In this document: positions 27,799 through 32,997 of the stretch, piece after piece
Layout: each line of letters starts with the position of its first letter
Numbering within the stretch: position 1 is the first letter of the stretch
DNA from: an uncultured Clavibacter sp.
GTDB taxonomy: Bacteria > Actinomycetota > Actinomycetes > Nanopelagicales > Nanopelagicaceae
Direction of reading: 5' to 3'
NCBI GenBank assembly: GCA_964526795.1
Contig: CAZGMF010000004.1
Span: 15,675-48,671, forward strand
Length of the DNA stretch: 32,997 nt
Notes under the pieces: generated by a model
What the model saw: the letters and a program-made list of their open reading frames with translations, nothing else
What the model was told of the DNA's origin: nothing
Databases searched by the model: none
Made by a program: the position numbers and the translations under genes

Positions 27799-29279
27799 GG
27801 GGTAATCAACTCCGCCAAGATTTTTTGATCGCTAAATGGATGCTTCACGCCTGCGATCTCTTGTCCGCTCTCATGGCCCTTCCCAAGGATGATCACGACA
27901 TCACCTGCGGCCGCACTTCTTACTGCCGCCACAATCGCCTCCTTGCGATCTTCGATTATCTTGGAATCGGAATGGAGTTGGAGACCGCGGGTCATGTCGG
28001 CCAAGATCGCACTTGGTTTTTCACTTCTCGGATTGTCGCTGGTGAAAATTGCATGATCAGCACCATCAAGGAGCGCCTTGCCCATCAGCGGACGTTTTGT
28101 GGCATCTCGATCGCCGCCGCATCCCAGGACCGCAATCACTTTTCCTGTTGTGAAACCACGGACTGTCGACAGAATTCGTGTTACGGCATCGGGAGTATGG
28201 GCATAGTCGACAAGTGCGATGAAATCCTGCCCGCAATCAACGCTTTCTAATCTGCCAGGAGCCGGAGTGAGTAGCTCCAAGGTTCGACCGATCACAAGCG
28301 GATCAACTCCTGCTTCAGTTGCCATGGCGACAGCAACAAGGGCGTTGGCAAGATTGTGTTCACCCAATAATCGCAAAGTCCCCTCGATCAGCACTCCGCC
28401 TTCGCCGCGGATAGAGAGGGCATATCCACCTGAAATTCTTTCAACGCTCGAATAGTGCCAATTCGCCTTGGGATTCCTCACCGAGAGCGAGAGGGAAGGA
28501 ATTGAAACTTCCTTAAAAAGTCGAGCGCCATAATCGTCATCAATCATCATCAATGCTCGATCGGCATAGTCAGTGGTGAAGAGAGATCGCTTGGCTTGAA
28601 AGTAATTCTCCATCGTTTGATGGAAATCAAGATGATCTTGGCTGAGGTTGGTAAAAGCCACTGCGTGAAAACGCGTCCCTTGAACACGGTGAAGAGCCAG
28701 TGCATGGCTGCTGACTTCCATTGCGACGGATGTGCAATGTCGTTCATTCATTGTTGCCAGGAGTCGCTGTAAGGAATCGGCCTCTGGTGTCGTATGGGTG
28801 GCGGCAACAACCTCACTCCCTATTCGATTCTCAATCGTCCCGATCAATCCAGCTTCTTGACCGGAGGCAGAAAGGATTTGGTGGAGAAGATAGGTGGTTG
28901 TGGTCTTTCCGTTGGTTCCTGTGACGCCCAGAACTTTCATCTGGGAACTAGGTATGCCGTAAAACCAACTAGAGAGCGGACCAAGAATCGTGCGCGGATC
29001 TTTGATCACCACGAGAGCAGCATCTGCGCTCTCGCTTCGCAGGACTTTCGCACCAGCATCATCGGTCGCGATCGCGCGACAACCACGCGCTCGCGCGCCG
29101 GCGAGAAATTCGATCCCATGGTGATGGAGTCCAGGAAGTGCGACAAAGAGATCGTCTGCTTCAACGCTCCGTGAATCGCTACAGATGCCGCGAATCTCGA
29201 TCTCGGATTTCTCGACTCGAGCCCCTAAGAAACTAGCGCACTCACCGAAGGAACGAACCGGTGAGTGATAAGGACGCAT
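27795..29279 (-). CDS. murE: UDP-N-acetylmuramoyl-L-alanyl-D-glutamate--2,6-diaminopimelate ligase
   Basis: Contains GVTGTNGKTTTTYL, DYAHTPDA and the DNPR motif (TSDNPRSE) typical of DAP-adding MurE. The ORF-track start at 29435 would overlap ftsI by 154 nt. The ATG at 29279 (MRPYHSP...) lies 2 nt after the ftsI stop. Confidence 0.93.
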   Translation of the reverse strand: MRPYHSPVRSFGECASFLGARVEKSEIEIRGICSDSRSVEADDLFVALPGLHHHGIEFLAGARARGCRAIATDDAGAKVLRSESADAALVVIKDPRTILGPLSSWFYGIPSSQMKVLGVTGTNGKTTTTYLLHQILSASGQEAGLIGTIENRIGSEVVAATHTTPEADSLQRLLATMNERHCTSVAMEVSSHALALHRVQGTRFHAVAFTNLSQDHLDFHQTMENYFQAKRSLFTTDYADRALMMIDDDYGARLFKEVSIPSLSLSVRNPKANWHYSSVERISGGYALSIRGEGGVLIEGTLRLLGEHNLANALVAVAMATEAGVDPLVIGRTLELLTPAPGRLESVDCGQDFIALVDYAHTPDAVTRILSTVRGFTTGKVIAVLGCGGDRDATKRPLMGKALLDGADHAIFTSDNPRSEKPSAILADMTRGLQLHSDSKIIEDRKEAIVAAVRSAAAGDVVIILGKGHESGQEIAGVKHPFSDQKILAELITP

Positions 29280-29281
29280 GA

Positions 29282-31090
29282 TCAGTTGGTCTTTGTGGTG
29301 GCGTTTCGCGCTTCGAGTTCGGCTCTGGAGAGAGCGTATTTCATCGTGGCGGGCGCTGTTGGCGGAATGTGCTGGCTCTGCAGAACAAAACTCATGACCT
29401 TCTTGAAGACTGGCCCACCAAGAAGTCCACCCCAATGAATCCCCTTCGGATCTTGGATGATGACACTCACAACATAGGCAGGTTTATCCGCTGGAGCAAA
29501 ACCAATGAATGACGCGGTATATCCGCGATAGCAACCACAGGAATCATCGATTCGCTGTGCCGTTCCAGTCTTTCCTGCGACGCGATAACCAGGTATTGCA
29601 GCCGATGGCGCTGTGCCTGATGCAGAAACAACGCTCTCCATCATCAAGCGGACTGTTTGGGCCGTTTCTTTGCTGATGACTTTGATTGATTTCTGCTGAC
29701 TTGCTGGAGTGAATCTTCCTGCTGCATCACTCACTCCTGCCACCAATGTCGGCGTGACGCGTACGCCATTGTTGGCAATCGTGGCAAAGACCGAAGTCGC
29801 TTGCATCGCAGTCAATGAATATCCCTGACCAAAGGCAACTGTTGGTGCAGTGGTGCCAGACCAATCTTTGACGGCCAATAACTTGCCGGATTCCTCACCA
29901 GGCAATCCAGATCCGGGCTTGATACTCACTCCGAATTTAACTAAGTAATCATGAAGCTTCTCGTTCGAGAGCATCTCCCCAACTTGAATCGCTCCGGTGT
30001 TACTCGAGACGGCAAGAGCGCCAGTCGCCGTGAGGTATTGGGTCGGATGTTTTTCGTGATCATGGAAAGTCTTTACCGATCGCTTCAAGGTGTATGGAAT
30101 TGTCAGAATGCTTTCAGGAGTGATCTTTCCTTCCTCCATTGCAGCTGAATAAGTGATGACTTTGCCGGTTGAGCCAGGTTCAAAGACCTCCTGCACCGAC
30201 GGGTTCTGCCAGCGATAAGGATCAACGCCTTTAGTCTGGCCGGGGTCATAGGAAGGATACGTAGCATGCGCGAGGATTTTTCCTGTTGCAGGATCCATCA
30301 CGATCACAGTTCCCGACAAAGCGCGTGAATTTGTCACCGCTTCCTGGATCGCCTGCTGCGCCACCCATTGAACATCTCGATCGATCGTCAATCGCACTGT
30401 ATTCCCACGGCGCTCTTCGACTGTGATTTTCTGAGTTCCGGGGATGATGGTTCCTCCAGCATTGGCGTAGCTGTATTCACCGTTAACGCCAGAAAGGGTG
30501 CTATTCATGCTGTATTCAAGACCTGCAGCACCAGAGCCCGCGCGATTGATAAATCCAACTACTGCGGCGCCAAGTTGTACTTCGGGATATTCCCGGGTGT
30601 AAATACGTTCGGCAAAGAATCCTGAAAGTCGCTTGGCAAATCCATTCTTCTCTTGAGACACCGTTGCGTTGTAATTATCGATAGCGCTTTGGAGGGCATT
30701 CCAGACCGAAGGTTTGACGCTTTGCGCGATCACGACATATCGACGAGATCCGATAAGTTGTTGTTCAAGTCCGGCAACTGACATGTTCAGTATCGGTGCT
30801 GCGATGGTTGCAAGTTGTTTGGGGTATTGGATGATCGCCTGGTCCACCAAGATTCGATACGAAACTACGCTTCTGGCAAATTCGATCCCATTGATATCGG
30901 TGATTGAACCACGTGGGGCCATGATGGTTCGCTTCTGGGTCAACTCCATATCGGCTCGTGCTGCATATCCAGCAGCACGAACGGCTTGGACATCGACCAA
31001 CCGGAGGGCAAAGACCATGATGATGACAATGGAGATCACAACCACGGAGCGGATTCGACGCTCGATCAAATGGATGTGACTTGATTTCAT
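29282..31090 (-). CDS. ftsI: Division-specific class B penicillin-binding protein (FtsI/PbpB transpeptidase)
   Basis: 602 aa with an N-terminal transmembrane helix, a PBP dimerisation domain and the transpeptidase motifs STGK (SxxK), SSN (SxN) and KTGTA (KTG). Confidence 0.93.
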   Translation of the reverse strand: MKSSHIHLIERRIRSVVVISIVIIMVFALRLVDVQAVRAAGYAARADMELTQKRTIMAPRGSITDINGIEFARSVVSYRILVDQAIIQYPKQLATIAAPILNMSVAGLEQQLIGSRRYVVIAQSVKPSVWNALQSAIDNYNATVSQEKNGFAKRLSGFFAERIYTREYPEVQLGAAVVGFINRAGSGAAGLEYSMNSTLSGVNGEYSYANAGGTIIPGTQKITVEERRGNTVRLTIDRDVQWVAQQAIQEAVTNSRALSGTVIVMDPATGKILAHATYPSYDPGQTKGVDPYRWQNPSVQEVFEPGSTGKVITYSAAMEEGKITPESILTIPYTLKRSVKTFHDHEKHPTQYLTATGALAVSSNTGAIQVGEMLSNEKLHDYLVKFGVSIKPGSGLPGEESGKLLAVKDWSGTTAPTVAFGQGYSLTAMQATSVFATIANNGVRVTPTLVAGVSDAAGRFTPASQQKSIKVISKETAQTVRLMMESVVSASGTAPSAAIPGYRVAGKTGTAQRIDDSCGCYRGYTASFIGFAPADKPAYVVSVIIQDPKGIHWGGLLGGPVFKKVMSFVLQSQHIPPTAPATMKYALSRAELEARNATTKTN

Positions 31091-31513
31091 TTAGGGTCGA
31101 ACCTCGTTTTGCTGGGAATTGGGCTGGGAGGCGGGCTGGGAAATATCGATGAAGATCGGGGCCTTACTTGGGACCATTCCGAGCGCAGTGGCTTCGATTG
31201 CAAGCGATGTTGGGCTCGAAACTCGATCGAGTTCTCGAAGTGCCGCTTCTCTTTCCTCATTGAGAGAAATTGATTCCAATTTCAACTCACGAATTCTCAC
31301 TGCATCGTTTCCGAGCAAGATATTGATTCCGAGAAGTCCCAACAATCCAAGTGTCAGAATCGCTCCAATAACTCCATAGAAAGTTCGATCAGTCGCCTGC
31401 TCGCCAGCAACTGGTTTGAGATCAGGGACGAGGCGAAGCACAGCTTTGGTCGAACGATCGATGACGGCTTTGCTTGAACGTCCGAAGGCCGGTGCGAGAG
31501 CGGAGAGGGCCAT
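31091..31513 (-). CDS. ftsL: FtsL-like septal membrane protein (single transmembrane helix plus coiled coil)
   Basis: 140 aa with the transmembrane helix FYGVIGAILTLGLLGLLGINILL followed by a short coiled coil (IRELKLESISLNEEREAALREL). It occupies the conserved position between rsmH and ftsI. Sequence conservation in this family is weak, so the call rests on topology and synteny. Confidence 0.7.
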   Translation of the reverse strand: MALSALAPAFGRSSKAVIDRSTKAVLRLVPDLKPVAGEQATDRTFYGVIGAILTLGLLGLLGINILLGNDAVRIRELKLESISLNEEREAALRELDRVSSPTSLAIEATALGMVPSKAPIFIDISQPASQPNSQQNEVRP

Positions 31514-32478
31514 TAGATTGCCACCCGCTCTATCGCACGTAGCCTGACGGATTGCGCACGAGAATTCTTCTCAATCTCTTCCTCGCTTGCCCCTTCGCTT
31601 CCGCGAAAGACCAAAGTGAACTTTGGCGCGAGTTCTGCGATTTCAACGGGGAGTCCGCGAGGACTCTTTGATTCGCTGACATCGGCAAAATGACGTTTCA
31701 CAATTTTGTCCTCAAGCGATTGAAATGACATGACCACCATCCGGCCACCTACGGATAGGCGAGAGAGCGCGCGAGGTATTGCGCGATCAAGAATGGAGAG
31801 TTCGGAATTCACTTCAATTCGAAGCGCTTGGAAAGTTCGCTTAGCAGGATTGCCACCGATTCGACGCGCAGGTGCTGGGATCGCCGCTTTCACTAAATCG
31901 GCTAGCTCGCCAGTTGTGGTGAGTCTTCCTGATTGGCGCGCCTCGATAATCGCATCAACGATACGTTGGGCGAATCGCTCCTCGCCATAGTTGCGAATGA
32001 TGCGGATGAGATCGGCTCTCGAATAAGAATCGAGAATTGATTGTGCAGTCAGAGTCGAACTCTGATCCATGCGCATATCCAGTGGAGCATTGTGAGCGTA
32101 GGAGAAGCCACGCTCACTTTGATCCAACTGCATCGAAGAGACGCCCAGATCAAAGAGAATCCCATCGACATCGCCAATACCCAGTTCATCCAAGATCTCC
32201 GGCATCTGGTCATAAACAGCGTGAATTACTGTCAATCGATCCTTGAATTTCGAAAGTCGCGAAGTGGCCTGATCTATCGCGCTTTGATCGCGATCAATAC
32301 CGATAATGCGAACATTGGTGAATCGCTCGAGTAAAGAGAGTGAATGACCGCCCAAGCCCAAGGTTGCATCAACAACGATCGGATCTGGTTTTCTTTCAAT
32401 TGATGGTGTTAGAAGGGCAAGACATCGATCAAGCATCACACTGGTATGTGCCACTCTCTTCTCCCCTTTCTTCACCAT
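31513..32478 (-). CDS. rsmH: 16S rRNA (cytosine1402-N4)-methyltransferase RsmH/MraW
   Basis: Contains HTSVMLDRCL, VDATLGLGGHS (SAM site), DLGVSSMQLD and FQALRIEVN. The start is either ATG 32478 (GGGAG 8 nt upstream) or GTG 32454 (GGGGAG 6 nt upstream). Confidence 0.93.
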   Translation of the reverse strand: MVKKGEKRVAHTSVMLDRCLALLTPSIERKPDPIVVDATLGLGGHSLSLLERFTNVRIIGIDRDQSAIDQATSRLSKFKDRLTVIHAVYDQMPEILDELGIGDVDGILFDLGVSSMQLDQSERGFSYAHNAPLDMRMDQSSTLTAQSILDSYSRADLIRIIRNYGEERFAQRIVDAIIEARQSGRLTTTGELADLVKAAIPAPARRIGGNPAKRTFQALRIEVNSELSILDRAIPRALSRLSVGGRMVVMSFQSLEDKIVKRHFADVSESKSPRGLPVEIAELAPKFTLVFRGSEGASEEEIEKNSRAQSVRLRAIERVAI

Positions 32479-32521
32479 CGTGTTGACTCCCGTCCAAACT
32501 ATTTTTTTCCCTCTCTGCTCT

Positions 32522-32599
32522 GGTCACCGCCGGCCGACGGATCTGGGGGTCAAGCGGCACCGGGGAAGGGGTGTCGCTTGCTGAAGGTCGGCGGTGGCC
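32522..32599 (-). promoter_or_regulatory. GC-rich nested hairpin in the mraZ-rsmH spacer; candidate structured 5' leader of rsmH (mraW-motif-like)
   Basis: The outer stem pairs 32522-32532 with 32589-32599 (11 bp). The inner stem pairs 32551-32561 with 32570-32580 (11 bp) around an 8-nt loop. No U-run follows it on either strand, so it does not look like an intrinsic terminator. Confidence 0.35.
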
Positions 32600-32614
32600 A
32601 CAGAAGAGAGCGGC

Positions 32615-32997
32615 CTAGAAAAGTCCTGGGAACACCTCCTCTGATACATCAGCGAAATTCTTTTCACGATCTCTGAGGTAGTTCGTCCATGACTTCGAAT
32701 CCCAAATTTCGACTCGAGTGTTTGCGCCAATGACGACGCAATCTTTTTTTAGATCCGCATAATCACGTAATCCACCTGGAATAGTGACGCGTCCTTGTTT
32801 ATCTGGAATTTCATCGTGTGCGCCTGCAAACATCACGCGCATGTAGTCGCGAGCAGCTTTTGCCGTCAATGGCGTCTGTCGAAGTTGTTCTGTGATGCGC
32901 GCAAATTCAGTTGCAGGAAATACATAAAGCCAGCGCTCTTGGCCTTTGGTAATGACAAGACCTTTAGATAAGTCATCTCTGAATTTGGCCGGAAGAA
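32615..32997 (-). CDS. mraZ: Transcriptional regulator MraZ; the 5' end lies beyond the right window edge
   Basis: The ORF-track fragment 32615..32869 continues in frame to the window edge. The reverse complement of 32870..32997 reads ..[43 protein letters not shown].. The second DxxGR motif (DKQGRVTIP) is present. This is the first gene of the dcw cluster. Confidence 0.9.
   Translation of the reverse strand, partial: LPAKFRDDLSKGLVITKGQERWLYVFPATEFARITEQLRQTPLTAKAARDYMRVMFAGAHDEIPDKQGRVTIPGGLRDYADLKKDCVVIGANTRVEIWDSKSWTNYLRDREKNFADVSEEVFPGLF

Noticed and set aside
29280-29435. N-terminal 52-codon extension of the murE ORF, overlapping ftsI by 154 nt
   Set aside because: The extension (MGWTSWWASLQEGHEF...) has no MurE homology. 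The ATG at 29279 lies 2 nt after the ftsI stop and gives a normal-length MurE. The same logic was applied to the hisB (2326-2424), sepF (16953-17048), ftsW (24001-24048) and lspA (9867-9929) extensions.
32446-32730. ORFs 32446..32676 (+, 76 aa) and 32524..32730 (-, 68 aa) in and around the mraZ-rsmH spacer
   Set aside because: Both overlap the mraZ 3' end in other frames, are Arg/Pro/Gly-rich as expected from GC-rich non-coding sequence, and lack SDs. The region is better explained as structured RNA.

Overview
This window is a core-chromosome segment from an actinobacterium. GC looks close to 50% by eye (not computed), and almost every base is coding. Gene order matches the conserved Streptomyces/Mycobacterium-type arrangement, but it is very compressed.

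On the minus strand, reading right to left, three blocks follow one another:
- **dcw cluster:** mraZ (5' truncated), rsmH, ftsL-like, ftsI, murE, murF, mraY, murD, ftsW, murG, murC, ftsQ, ftsZ, pgeF/yfiH, yggS, sepF, yggT.
- **Middle block:** kynU and kynA, then a DksA/TraR zinc-finger protein with a lysine-rich tail, lspA, rluD-type pseudouridine synthase, dnaE.
- **Histidine operon:** hisD, hisC, hisB, a small ORF, hisH, priA/hisA, hisF (3' truncated by the window edge).

The only plus-strand gene is ileS, lying between kynA and the DksA/TraR-like gene. A T-box leader precedes it, and its architecture suggests it hides the Shine-Dalgarno sequence.

I found no rRNA, tRNA, CRISPR array, transposase or integrase, and no obvious defence or accessory island. 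I do not see a clear-cut novel multi-gene system. The points most worth a second look are:
1. The kynurenine genes kynU-kynA sit exactly where this conserved arrangement normally carries divIVA/wag31, and no DivIVA-like ORF is present in the window.
2. The DksA-type zinc-finger protein has a histone-H1-like (A/P)KK repeat tail.
3. The ileS T-box has a long helix that could sequester the SD.
4. A GC-rich nested hairpin lies in the mraZ-rsmH spacer and may be the mraW RNA motif.
5. A small ORF with its own SD lies between hisB and hisH.
6. The hisD and ftsZ upstream regions have promoter-like architecture.

All functional calls rest on motif and family recognition by eye. No database search was run.
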